From NCBI GenBank assembly GCA_017452445.1, contig JAFTMH010000004.1:136385-200384 (forward strand): a stretch of 64,000 nt of DNA, given 5' to 3'. A program made the translations under genes and the position numbers. Positions 1 through 8,523 of the stretch are shown here, in pieces; within the stretch, counting starts at the first letter, position 1, and each line of letters opens with the position of its first letter. The DNA comes from Clostridia bacterium (GTDB lineage Bacteria; Bacillota; Clostridia; Christensenellales; UBA1242). A model generated the notes under the pieces. It was not told the origin of the DNA. It did no database searches and saw only the letters and a program-made list of their open reading frames with translations.

Positions 1-131
1 GCCCTAAAACAGCCAAACACAACCCAAACGACCAAATTATCGTGGCACACGACAATGTTTGATAGATGACAAATTATTCAAGATGAAACAATCAGATTTG
101 CAACGGTTTTCCAAAAGGCATATCTGGCAAC

Positions 132-161
132 AAAAAAACTCGCAAACTAAGCGAGTTTTTT
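132..161. terminator. bidirectional rho-independent terminator downstream of the lemA-DUF2207 operon
   Basis: A-run, stem ACTCGC (138-143) / GCGAGT (151-156), loop AAACTAA, T-run; 26 nt beyond the stop at 187. Confidence 0.7.
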
Positions 162-186
162 GTTTTTGTCTAGCAAGCAACAGATT

Positions 187-2130
187 TTACCATCTGCCAC
201 CGCCACCTCCTCCGCCGCCACCGCCGGAGAATCCACCTCCACCAGAGCGACCGCCGCCACTGGCAGAACTTGCAATCCCTTTTGCGACTTGCGAAGCACG
301 GTGTGCAATAATCGAATTGTTGATCCCCCTTGAAACCTTGTTCATAGAGTGATTCACAATTCTTGTTGCGATATAAACATCTGTCGGATCAGCACATTCA
401 TACCAAGTTGGAGGCTGAATGATCAAACCTTCAAATTTTTCCATATAGACATCAGAAACGCCCAAAACATAAGCATAAGGCAAGATTTCATAGAAGAGTT
501 CTGGATTTTGACTAGCAACAACTGCAATCCTGTCCTTTTCTGCTGTCAAGATATAGTTTTTCAAACCTCTGACACTGCCCATCAACTTTTTGCCTTTTTC
601 TGTATATCTTTCAAGAAGTGGATAAACAATCAAAAGTGCGGCAGACAAAAGCATTGGCATAATGCGAGAAAGAGCAACATCAAAATAGTGGTTAAACCCA
701 ACCATATATGCAATTAAACCACCAAAAATCATTGCTATATCAATGGCAATAAATGCCTTCGCCCTTTTCTCGTGTTTAGAGTGATATTTGACAAGTGATG
801 GATAAGCAAAAAGCCCAATTGCAGGAAGCAATGCCATCACAAACATCCAAATTTTGACACCTGGTGCTGCAAGCATCAACAAAACATTCAAAATTGAAAC
901 AAAAATGCCAAAAAACTTAAACATTCCATCTGGTTGTTTTGCAAAACAATCTTTCATCGACATTTCAGCAAATTCTTTGCTTCTAAACGCCGCATCACCA
1001 CTAAGCAACGACAATTGATTTGAGTTGATTTTTTTGCCCGATCTAAACAAGTCATTAAATAATGTTTTCTCGTGCGATTTCATTTCATCTGGTGCAGTTT
1101 CAACAAGTTTTTCGATGACAACAACATCTTTGTCATGTTCTGTCAACTTCAACCAGCCCTTTGATGCCCAATAAACAATCAAAGCAGAAAGGTCGTCACT
1201 TGTGATTTCTCCATCGTTGAGATAACCAACTTCTGTTGGCGTAAGCCCGTTTGGAGCCTTAAATTCAACGACTTCAACAATAGGTGTTTTTCTTCTTTTT
1301 ACAAACCAATAGCCAACAACTGATGCCAACAAACCAAAGCCAATGCAGTAAACAACAATTGACCATTTGTGATTAACTTTCCAGTCGAAGAAACCCTTTT
1401 CAAACTCTGTGTAAACTGTCACTGCTTCGGCATAACCAAGTTCTGCCACCTTGCCTGATACAACATTGCCAGAAACTACAAGCCCTTCGATATCCCCTTT
1501 TGCATCTGTAGAACTTTCGCCATATCTGCCAATATAGAAAGACAAATCATCAAGTTCTACTGCTGTTGGAAATGTAATTCTAAAATCAAAATCCTTGATT
1601 GATGTATCCCAACCATTTCCAAGAATGTTGAAATAGAAAAGGTCTTTTGCCTTTACTTGGTCATCACCCATGTTGAAGTTGTAACTAAACTTGTAAGTAT
1701 GATGACCTCTTATAAAGCGATCTTCATCTCCAAAATAATAAAGTTTACAACCATTTGAAGTTTCTGTTTTTGCAAGATTTACACCATTAAGCACTTTAAA
1801 GTTTGAAATGGTGTTTTTGTGTCTTTTCTCTACCAACTTATTGTTTTCATCAAAAAAACTCACAGTTTGCGCAATTGGCAACCAGCGCACAAGACCACGG
1901 GATTCTGATAAAAAATTTGCTGTAATCTCTTCGGTGATGTCCATCGTGCCATCTTGATTGACAACAATGTCCACATTGTAATCTGTCAACTCATAACCAG
2001 TGTCTTGGCTTGGCACATAATTGCCACCACCAAAGCCACCTTCGTTTAAGATGGTGATAAGCATAATCCCAAAGATAACTACAGCAAATGCAATAGCGAA
2101 GATAGAAGTTGTCCCTCTTTTAATCTTCAT
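187..2130 (-). CDS. DUF2207-family membrane protein with Gly-rich C-terminal tail
   Basis: 647-aa ORF. N-terminal TM helix, central multi-TM block, and a C-terminal GGGRSGGGGFSGGGGGGGGGGRW tail typical of DUF2207. ATG at 2130 follows a GGGGA RBS. Lies 16 bp downstream of lemA, the usual LemA-DUF2207 pairing. Confidence 0.8.
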   Translation of the reverse strand: MKIKRGTTSIFAIAFAVVIFGIMLITILNEGGFGGGNYVPSQDTGYELTDYNVDIVVNQDGTMDITEEITANFLSESRGLVRWLPIAQTVSFFDENNKLVEKRHKNTISNFKVLNGVNLAKTETSNGCKLYYFGDEDRFIRGHHTYKFSYNFNMGDDQVKAKDLFYFNILGNGWDTSIKDFDFRITFPTAVELDDLSFYIGRYGESSTDAKGDIEGLVVSGNVVSGKVAELGYAEAVTVYTEFEKGFFDWKVNHKWSIVVYCIGFGLLASVVGYWFVKRRKTPIVEVVEFKAPNGLTPTEVGYLNDGEITSDDLSALIVYWASKGWLKLTEHDKDVVVIEKLVETAPDEMKSHEKTLFNDLFRSGKKINSNQLSLLSGDAAFRSKEFAEMSMKDCFAKQPDGMFKFFGIFVSILNVLLMLAAPGVKIWMFVMALLPAIGLFAYPSLVKYHSKHEKRAKAFIAIDIAMIFGGLIAYMVGFNHYFDVALSRIMPMLLSAALLIVYPLLERYTEKGKKLMGSVRGLKNYILTAEKDRIAVVASQNPELFYEILPYAYVLGVSDVYMEKFEGLIIQPPTWYECADPTDVYIATRIVNHSMNKVSRGINNSIIAHRASQVAKGIASSASGGGRSGGGGFSGGGGGGGGGGRW

Positions 2131-2146
2131 CTATTTTCCCCTTTAA

Positions 2147-2725
2147 TTAAAACTTAACTTGTGGAGCTTGTCTTTCGATTTCATCAACGATTTCAAACAA
2201 CACTTTCTTTTCAAAATGATAGTGGTTTGCAACCAAGTTTGATGGAAACATTTCGATCTTGTTGTTCAACATTTTTACACAACCATTGTAATACTTTCTT
2301 GAAGATGCAATTTCTGTTTCCAATTCTTTCAATGTGTTTTGCAAAGAATTGAAGTTTGCATCTGCCTTGAGTTGTGGGTAATTTTCTGTGACACTAAACA
2401 ATGTTTTCAATGTTCCTGCAAGCATATTTTCTTTTTGTGCTCTTTCTTCAGGATCATTTGCAGACATACAAGCATATCTTGCTTCCATAACTCCTTCAAG
2501 AGTTTCTTTTTCGTGTTTAGCAAAACCCTTTACAGTTTCAACAAGGTTTGGAATAAGGTCATATCTTTTCTTCATGGAAACATCCATTGTTGAATAACCT
2601 TCTTCTGCATTGTTGCGCAACTTGATCAAACCGTTGTATGTTGAGATCCACCAAATTGCAAAGATGATGCCCAAAAACACGATCAAGCAACCAAACACAA
2701 TCAAAATAATTGCCCATGCTGGCAT
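2147..2725 (-). CDS. lemA: LemA family protein
   Basis: 192-aa ORF. N-terminal TM helix followed by a LemA-like region (YNGLIKLRN ... RYDLIPNLVETVKG). AAGGAGG RBS precedes ATG 2725. Confidence 0.85.
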   Translation of the reverse strand: MPAWAIILIVFGCLIVFLGIIFAIWWISTYNGLIKLRNNAEEGYSTMDVSMKKRYDLIPNLVETVKGFAKHEKETLEGVMEARYACMSANDPEERAQKENMLAGTLKTLFSVTENYPQLKADANFNSLQNTLKELETEIASSRKYYNGCVKMLNNKIEMFPSNLVANHYHFEKKVLFEIVDEIERQAPQVKF

Positions 2726-2793
2726 AGTGTTTTCCTCCTTTAATAATTATTCTGAATTTATTATAAAACAAAACGATTTTTTTTCAAAACATT

Positions 2794-5700
2794 TTATCTA
2801 GTTTTTTGTTTCTTTTTCTTAATAGCTTTAAGCACAACACTTCCAACCACAAACAAGACAAACAAACCAACGATAATCACAAAATAATATCCAATTGTTG
2901 AGTTGTCGCCTGAGAAGATTGAATGTTTTTCTTTTACAAACGAAACGACAATGTCTTTGTTTTCGTCAATGTTTGCAAGCACAAACTTGCCATTTACAAC
3001 TTCGATAAGTTTTCCGTTGACAGAAACAAAATCCAATCTATAACCTTCTTGTGCTGAAACAGTAAATGTTACATCTTGTCCATAAGCAACTCTGTCAAGG
3101 TTTGCTCCTTCAATAGAAAGTCCACCAAAAGCATTTGAATAAGTGATGTTGATCGCAAAATAAACTGCAACCATTTCGACATCAACAACAATGTCTTCGG
3201 TTATGTTTTTGATTGTATAAACACCATCTTTCAATTCAAGCGAAACACCGTCAATCGAAACTCTCTTGACAACATATCCGTTTTCACCTACGATTGCAAA
3301 ACTGATATCGTCGCCTCTTGTGACCATTTTTGTTGTTGTGTTTTGGACAACATTGTCAACATAAACAAGCGCCTCACCATCAATGTCAAACTCAACTGCA
3401 AGATTTGTTTTTGCTTCAACCACAACATTGAGTTGAATGTTTGCAGAAAGGTTTGCCACAACTGTCGGTGCATTGTCTGCTGCTAGCGCACCATTGATTG
3501 TTATACTTTTGATTGTGTAACCAGGTTTGGCAACTGCCATCACCGAATAGTCCATGCCCTTATACAAAACAGGATTTTCTTCTACCAACACACCATCAAT
3601 ATACAAATCATATTCTGCAACATTTCTTGCCACGGTGTATGTTTGAGTTGTTGATGAAACAACATAAATGTCGAGTTCGTTTGAAACGAGTTGGTTTCCA
3701 TAACTGTCTTCAAGTTTTACATAAATTGGATATGGTGCAGTAGAAACCGACAATCCTGTGATTGTGAGTGTCAACTTTTGTTGATATGGAAGATCTTCAT
3801 CAACAAACGACAAATTGTCAATTCTCCAAGCACAATTGCTTTCATTCCAGTTATCGCCATAAATAGTTCCACCAACATTCAAACCAGAATATTCAAGTTC
3901 GATAACAATGCTTGTGCCTTGTCTTGCGACAACTTTATTTCCATAATCTTTTGAAATTTTAAGCGTAAGATCATAAGAATTTTCGTATGTTGAAGAAGTC
4001 AACTTGTTTGTAAACGAATCCCCATAAGAATACAGGTTTCTAACTGTCAAATTTGATTGATAATCAATTGTTGCATCGCCAACAAGCAATGTGTCAAAAG
4101 TCGCACCATTAAATGCGTTTCTACCAACAGTGTTCACTTGATCCAAAATCAATTTGTTGAGAGATACATTGACAAATGCTTGATCCCCCACCGAAATTAT
4201 GTTTGGAATGTTAAACACTTCCAAATTTGCACAATTTCTAAATGCGTTTTTGCCAACAGCAACGCTTGTGCTTTCACAAGTGATTGCTTCGAGAGTTTTG
4301 TTGTCTTTGAATGCGTTTTCGTTGATTGCAGTCACTGTTGAAGGCAAAATCAATGTTTTAACCGGCGAAGCATTGAATGCCACATTTGAAACCCCCAAAA
4401 TTGTTTGGCTTGAAATTCTGTTTGGCACAACCAAAGTTTCAAGTTCGGTGCCGGTGTATGCAGTGATATAACCTGCAGAAATTGTGTATCTGCTTGCCAA
4501 ATCTTGATTGCCAATATAGCAAACTTTTACTGAGGTTTCGCTTCGTTGAACAAGTTCGTTTGAAGCATTGTAAACATAAGCAACAGCCGAAATTTGTGCC
4601 GATTGATAGATTGTCACAGTGGAAGCAATGCTCCAATCGATTGGATTTTCTGGGTCATTTTCTTTTGTTGTGTAGTGAATTTTTGTTGTGTGACCTGATG
4701 GCACTGTTGTGTCATAAGCCATAGTCACTTTTCCGGTTGATTGGTTGAACGAAATGTTGACCTTTCCTACAACTGAAATACCTACATTTGCGATATTTAC
4801 AAGTCCATAACCATAATAGTTGTTTTTCTCAGCACTGCCAAGTGCATAAGGTCCATAAGCATACAAACTTTCTCTTGAAGCATTTCTAATCAAAAGGTTT
4901 GTGATTTGCTCTACCGAATAATTTATTTGCTCTGGGTGCGAATATAAAAGTGCAACGCAGGCAGAAACATGAGGTGCAGCCATAGAAGTCCCCGACATAG
5001 AAACCGTGCCAGTGTCACTTCTGTGACTTGCACTCTCAATCGCACTTCCTGGTGCACAGAAATCAACTTCCTTTCCATAGTTGCTGTAAGACGAATCAAA
5101 ATACAAGTTTCCAAGTTGCTTTTTAAGCGCTGAAACTGTGATTGCGTTTGCAACATTTGCAGGTTGAATGTTTGCAGTGTTGACACTGTCATTTCCCGCC
5201 GAAACAACTGAAACAATGTTGAGTGCATAAGCCCCATTGATTGCAGACGACAAAGATTTGTAAGCATAAGAGTTTGCCGAAATTTGTTCGCCCTCACCTT
5301 CAGCAACGCTTTGTTGAATTGGCACACCAATACTCATGTTCATAACACGAATGTTGTATCCCAACGCTTCAATTGTCGCTTTGTTGTTGAGCAAATGGTT
5401 GATTGCATTCCAGATATAAGAAGTCCAACCAACCCCTGCCGCATCAAGCACCTTCAAAGGCAATATGTAGACATTTGATGGTGTAGCCTCTGCAATGGTG
5501 CCACTAACATGGGTGCCGTGTCCATTGTCATCAGTGATGTTTGTTGTGTTTGAAACAAAGTTGTATGCATAATCAAGAAGCAACCTTCCTGCAAACATTT
5601 GATGAGTTGTTCTGATTCCACTGTCCAAAACAGCAACAACAACTTTTGGCAAACTTGCAACTGTTCGGTTTGTAAGAAGAGTGTTTTTATATGTGTTTAT

Positions 5701-6183
5701 ACCCATATAGTCAGTGCTTGCCTGCCAACCCCAAGATTTGTAAGATGTGGCAGATGCTTCAACTTCAACATTTTGCGCCGAAATTTTGGCATCATAATAA
5801 ACATTGTCAACTTCTCGTTGTGATTGATAATATTGCAAAGCCTCTTCTGCATCTTCGCTGTTTTCATATTGAAAAATGTGGCAAGTGTTGTATCTTGCGC
5901 TTGCAACAGCATCAAAATCATCGATGTTGTATTCTGATTCAACAATCAAACGATTGTATTTTTCTTCTGTTTGACCATCTTCGCCCACCACATAATCAAC
6001 CCCGTCATATTCTTGGGTCATTGCAATAAGAGAATCCCTGAAAGTTTCGTAACTTCCAGAGATTGCTTTTGTATTTGCAAAATTATATCCAGGCAAAGCA
6101 AAAAATGTAATTGCAACCAAAATCATTGCAACAACCGTTGCAAAAATAAATCTTGTCGATTTTTGTTTGCTCAAATTTCTCAT
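2794..6183 (-). CDS. S8 family (subtilisin-like) serine peptidase, cell-surface, C-terminally membrane anchored
   Basis: 1129-aa ORF. Hydrophobic signal-like N-terminus. Catalytic triad motifs VAVLDSGI (Asp), HGTHVSGT (His) and SGTSMAAPHVS (Ser). Central leucine-rich-repeat-like block, repeated beta-rich modules, and a C-terminal TM helix plus KKKKQKTR. Confidence 0.9.
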   Translation of the reverse strand: MRNLSKQKSTRFIFATVVAMILVAITFFALPGYNFANTKAISGSYETFRDSLIAMTQEYDGVDYVVGEDGQTEEKYNRLIVESEYNIDDFDAVASARYNTCHIFQYENSEDAEEALQYYQSQREVDNVYYDAKISAQNVEVEASATSYKSWGWQASTDYMGINTYKNTLLTNRTVASLPKVVVAVLDSGIRTTHQMFAGRLLLDYAYNFVSNTTNITDDNGHGTHVSGTIAEATPSNVYILPLKVLDAAGVGWTSYIWNAINHLLNNKATIEALGYNIRVMNMSIGVPIQQSVAEGEGEQISANSYAYKSLSSAINGAYALNIVSVVSAGNDSVNTANIQPANVANAITVSALKKQLGNLYFDSSYSNYGKEVDFCAPGSAIESASHRSDTGTVSMSGTSMAAPHVSACVALLYSHPEQINYSVEQITNLLIRNASRESLYAYGPYALGSAEKNNYYGYGLVNIANVGISVVGKVNISFNQSTGKVTMAYDTTVPSGHTTKIHYTTKENDPENPIDWSIASTVTIYQSAQISAVAYVYNASNELVQRSETSVKVCYIGNQDLASRYTISAGYITAYTGTELETLVVPNRISSQTILGVSNVAFNASPVKTLILPSTVTAINENAFKDNKTLEAITCESTSVAVGKNAFRNCANLEVFNIPNIISVGDQAFVNVSLNKLILDQVNTVGRNAFNGATFDTLLVGDATIDYQSNLTVRNLYSYGDSFTNKLTSSTYENSYDLTLKISKDYGNKVVARQGTSIVIELEYSGLNVGGTIYGDNWNESNCAWRIDNLSFVDEDLPYQQKLTLTITGLSVSTAPYPIYVKLEDSYGNQLVSNELDIYVVSSTTQTYTVARNVAEYDLYIDGVLVEENPVLYKGMDYSVMAVAKPGYTIKSITINGALAADNAPTVVANLSANIQLNVVVEAKTNLAVEFDIDGEALVYVDNVVQNTTTKMVTRGDDISFAIVGENGYVVKRVSIDGVSLELKDGVYTIKNITEDIVVDVEMVAVYFAINITYSNAFGGLSIEGANLDRVAYGQDVTFTVSAQEGYRLDFVSVNGKLIEVVNGKFVLANIDENKDIVVSFVKEKHSIFSGDNSTIGYYFVIIVGLFVLFVVGSVVLKAIKKKKQKTR

Positions 6184-6189
6184 ACACTT

Positions 6190-6218
6190 AGTATAACACC
6201 AAAGATTGAAAAAATCAA
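6190..6218 (-). promoter_or_regulatory. sigma-A-type promoter of the S8 peptidase gene, positioned for a leaderless transcript
   Basis: Minus strand reads TTGATT-17 nt-TGtTATACT, then only 6 nt (aagtgt) before ATG at 6183. No Shine-Dalgarno sequence. Confidence 0.5.
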
Positions 6219-6270
6219 CAAATATTCAAAGTGTAATATATATATTATTTCTATTCAACTGCTGACAGAA

Positions 6271-6705
6271 TCACTCAAAATTTTTAGCAAAGCACACCAT
6301 ATCTTCATCTTCACAGCCCATTTTCTGAGCACATTTAAGCATTGTCAAATTCTTTTTTGAGACCAAAAATGTTACAAATTTCATATTTGGATAAAATTCT
6401 TGCGCTTTTGCCAGCAACCTCTTGAAGACATTGTTTCGCCTAAATTCTTTTTCAACAAAAACCTGCGAAACATAAATCCCCAGCCCGCGATCTGCCCAAT
6501 AAACCTTTGAAAACAAAATCATGCCTGCGTAGATACCTTTGCACTTGGCAATCAAACAAATCCCCCTATCGCCTTGCAAAACATCTTCACAAACATTGTC
6601 CTTTAAAGTCGATTTTTCAATGTATGAAACCCTGTCAATCTCTTTGTTTGCATAAAGCACAAAGTCTTTGTCACAAAGGCCAGCTCTTTTTATTTCAATG
6701 TCCAT
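6271..6705 (-). CDS. GNAT family N-acetyltransferase (probable)
   Basis: ORF trimmed to ATG 6705, with a GGAG RBS at 6712-6715. 144 aa. GNAT-like core ...GIYVSQVFVEKEFRRNNVFKRLLAKAQEF... with a degenerate acetyl-CoA loop. Confidence 0.6.
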   Translation of the reverse strand: MDIEIKRAGLCDKDFVLYANKEIDRVSYIEKSTLKDNVCEDVLQGDRGICLIAKCKGIYAGMILFSKVYWADRGLGIYVSQVFVEKEFRRNNVFKRLLAKAQEFYPNMKFVTFLVSKKNLTMLKCAQKMGCEDEDMVCFAKNFE

Positions 6706-6782
6706 AAATTCAACTCCTTGACAATAACATTCTATTAAAAAAAAGAAAATTTTGTTTTTCTTGATTTTTTTTGTTAAATTTG

Positions 6783-6811
6783 TTGACATTCTTTCTTTTG
6801 CGAGTTATAAT
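6783..6811 (+). promoter_or_regulatory. consensus sigma-A promoter for tRNA-Leu
   Basis: TTGACA (6783-6788), 17-nt spacer, TATAAT (6806-6811); about 25 nt upstream of the tRNA 5' end. Confidence 0.7.
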
Positions 6812-6836
6812 ATGGAAGATTTTTCAATAAAGTTAT

Positions 6837-6918
6837 GCGAGCGTGGCGGAATGGCAGACGCGCATGTTTAAGGGGCATGTTCGAAAGAGTGTGGGTTCAA
6901 GTCCCACCGCTCGCACCA
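6837..6918 (+). tRNA. tRNA-Leu, type II; anticodon reads AAG by hand fold
   Basis: Acceptor GCGAGCG/CGCTCGC. D arm GCG-GAATGGCAGA-CGC. Anticodon stem CATGT/GCATG with loop TTAAGGG. Long variable arm TTCGAAAGAGT. T arm GTGGG-TTCAAGT-CCCAC. Encoded CCA. Confidence 0.9.
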
Positions 6919-6925
6919 AAACAAA

Positions 6926-6948
6926 GGAGTCAAACGACTTCTTTTTTT
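6926..6948 (+). terminator. rho-independent terminator after tRNA-Leu
   Basis: Stem GGAGTC / GACTTC with loop AAAC, followed by T7. Confidence 0.65.
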
Positions 6949-7020
6949 GTTGCAAAAAACCACAACCCAAAATCTCTATACAGCCCAAACTGTCGTGTGT
7001 ATAGCGATTTTGAAAAACAA

Positions 7021-7052
7021 AAAAAACTAAGACAAATCGTCTTAGTTTTTTT
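7021..7052. terminator. bidirectional terminator downstream of the PH-domain gene
   Basis: A6, stem CTAAGAC (7027-7033) / GTCTTAG (7039-7045), loop AAATC, T7. Confidence 0.75.
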
Positions 7053-7067
7053 ATAAAAAATCTACAA

Positions 7068-7520
7068 TTATTCTGCTTTGAGAGACTCCATATATTCTTT
7101 GATTTCTCTCATTGTTTCATATGGATTTTCTACATGAGAAAAATACATAGGTCTTCCACCATGAACACTTGGACTTACAAATCCCAAAGTGCCAGTTTTT
7201 GTTTTCTTATCCAAGAAACCAACATTGACTGATGTCGAAGTGATGTCTTTGTATTCCAAACTTCTGTAATCAACCCCAAAAATACCACTTCTGACAATCA
7301 ATCTCTTGTTTGTGTAAGCATAATAGGTATTGTTGTAACCTTTCGCCAAGAAGAATGGAAGTGTAAAGAATGTAAACACCATAAACAAAATAAGATGTGG
7401 CCAAAAAACTGGAATTGCTGCCCACAAAAGAATGCCTTTCCAAAATCTCTTTTTGTTTGGCTTCATCACTTTGATGATTTGTTCATCTTTTTCAAGAATA
7501 TCAACAAATTTTTCTTCCAT
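7068..7520 (-). CDS. bacterial PH-domain (bPH_2 / YdbS-like) membrane protein
   Basis: ORF trimmed to ATG 7520, preceded by a GGAGGG RBS. 150 aa. Two TM helices, then YAYTNKRLIVRSGIFGVDYRSLEYKDITS, typical of bPH_2. Confidence 0.7.
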   Translation of the reverse strand: MEEKFVDILEKDEQIIKVMKPNKKRFWKGILLWAAIPVFWPHLILFMVFTFFTLPFFLAKGYNNTYYAYTNKRLIVRSGIFGVDYRSLEYKDITSTSVNVGFLDKKTKTGTLGFVSPSVHGGRPMYFSHVENPYETMREIKEYMESLKAE

Positions 7521-7983
7521 AATTACCCTCCTGTTTGTATTATAACACACAAGGCAACATTTTGCACCCAAATTGATAGATAATTTTGAAATTGTTTTGC
7601 TAAACAGTGCAAACATTTTTTTTCAACACAGCAAAAGTAGAATTATAATTTCAAAGAAAATGCCATTTGAATTTATCTCCCAATAGCTCGCAAACTCTCT
7701 ATTTTTTGTCTCATAAACAAGAAAATTTGTTAAAAAACCATCAAAAACGATCGTTTTTCTCGCTTGGTAACAGCATTTTGAAAAATACCACCATATTGCA
7801 CCTTTTGTTCAATTTTTTTGCATTTTTGCTGTATAAAATTTTAATTTTTGCATACAACAAAATTGAAACAGCCCCAAAACCTAATCAAAAAACGCCCAAA
7901 AACGGCTTATTTTTAGCACTTTTTAGGGATTTTAGAACAATCTAAAAAATTTTTCAAAACGGTGTTTTTTTTGCGATTTCGTA

Positions 7984-8012
7984 TTGACAAAGATAATAAA
8001 AGGTGTTATGAT
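7984..8012 (+). promoter_or_regulatory. sigma-A promoter for the 8042 gene
   Basis: TTGACA (7984-7989), 17-nt spacer, TATGAT (8007-8012); about 30 nt upstream of the GGGAGG RBS and ATG 8042. Confidence 0.65.
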
Positions 8013-8041
8013 AATCGAGATTAAAGCGAGGGAGGATAATC

Positions 8042-8452
8042 ATGGAATTCAAAATTTCAACAACAGAAATTGCGAAGCGTCTTCACCAATTTGAATTGGA
8101 AAGAGGACAAAAATCAGTGATCTACCGTCACAAATCAGTGGCAGGTCGATTTGAAGAACTTCCAGAACAAGTGAAAGCAGATTACATTGGCACAGCAACT
8201 GCAATTACAAAAATACTCGCAGCTGACGAACTTCTTACCTTGGACGAAGTTGGAAGAAGAATTCACGAATCGTATCGTGAAAGAAACAAGGCAACAATCT
8301 TACATAGTTTGAATGTTGACTTTGAGCAATTGTCTCAAGAAAATCAACAAAAAGTGCTTGCACAATTCAAAGTTGGTTTGACTGCAGCGCAAGAAATGGC
8401 AGAAGCAGCTACAAAAACTGCCGAAGAAGTCAAAAACAAAGGTAAAGAATAA
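8042..8452 (+). CDS. hypothetical protein with an internal tandem repeat (weak RyR-domain-like pattern)
   Basis: 136-aa ORF with a GAGGGAGG RBS. Two ~50-aa repeats: EIAKRLHQFELERG...FEELPEQVKADY and EVGRRIHESYRERN...FEQLSQENQQKV. Confidence 0.75.
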   Translation: MEFKISTTEIAKRLHQFELERGQKSVIYRHKSVAGRFEELPEQVKADYIGTATAITKILAADELLTLDEVGRRIHESYRERNKATILHSLNVDFEQLSQENQQKVLAQFKVGLTAAQEMAEAATKTAEEVKNKGKE

Positions 8453-8453
8453 A

Positions 8454-8486
8454 AGAACGAAACTATAAAGTTCCGTTCTTTTTTTA
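8454..8486. terminator. bidirectional terminator between the 8042 gene and valS
   Basis: Stem AGAACGAAAC / GTTCCGTTCT (one mismatch), loop TATAAA, T7; flanked by A-run. Confidence 0.75.
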
Positions 8487-8523
8487 ATGTTTCAATCAAA
8501 TTGATCTGTCGCCCACCTGTTGG

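Noticed and set aside
1-60. Recurring A/C-rich motif (AAACAGCC..ACAACCC, sometimes next to TTTTAGGG) seen at 1-30, 6961-6990, 7866-7935 and 45295-45325
   Set aside because: The matches are short, gapped and imperfect, and they lie in compositionally biased intergenic DNA. I cannot distinguish them from chance without a genome-wide motif count, so I do not report them as a repeat family.
59-352. 97-aa plus-strand ORF with a PPPPPPPPPPP run
   Set aside because: It is the antisense shadow of the Gly-rich C-terminal tail of the DUF2207 gene (GGN codons read as CCN on the opposite strand). It has no RBS and overlaps a strong terminator and a well-supported gene.
7667-7945. 92-aa plus-strand ORF in the long 7.6-8.0 kb gap
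   Set aside because: It has a TTG start, no Shine-Dalgarno sequence, low-complexity Leu/Phe/Asn/Lys composition typical of translated AT-rich spacer, and no recognisable motif.
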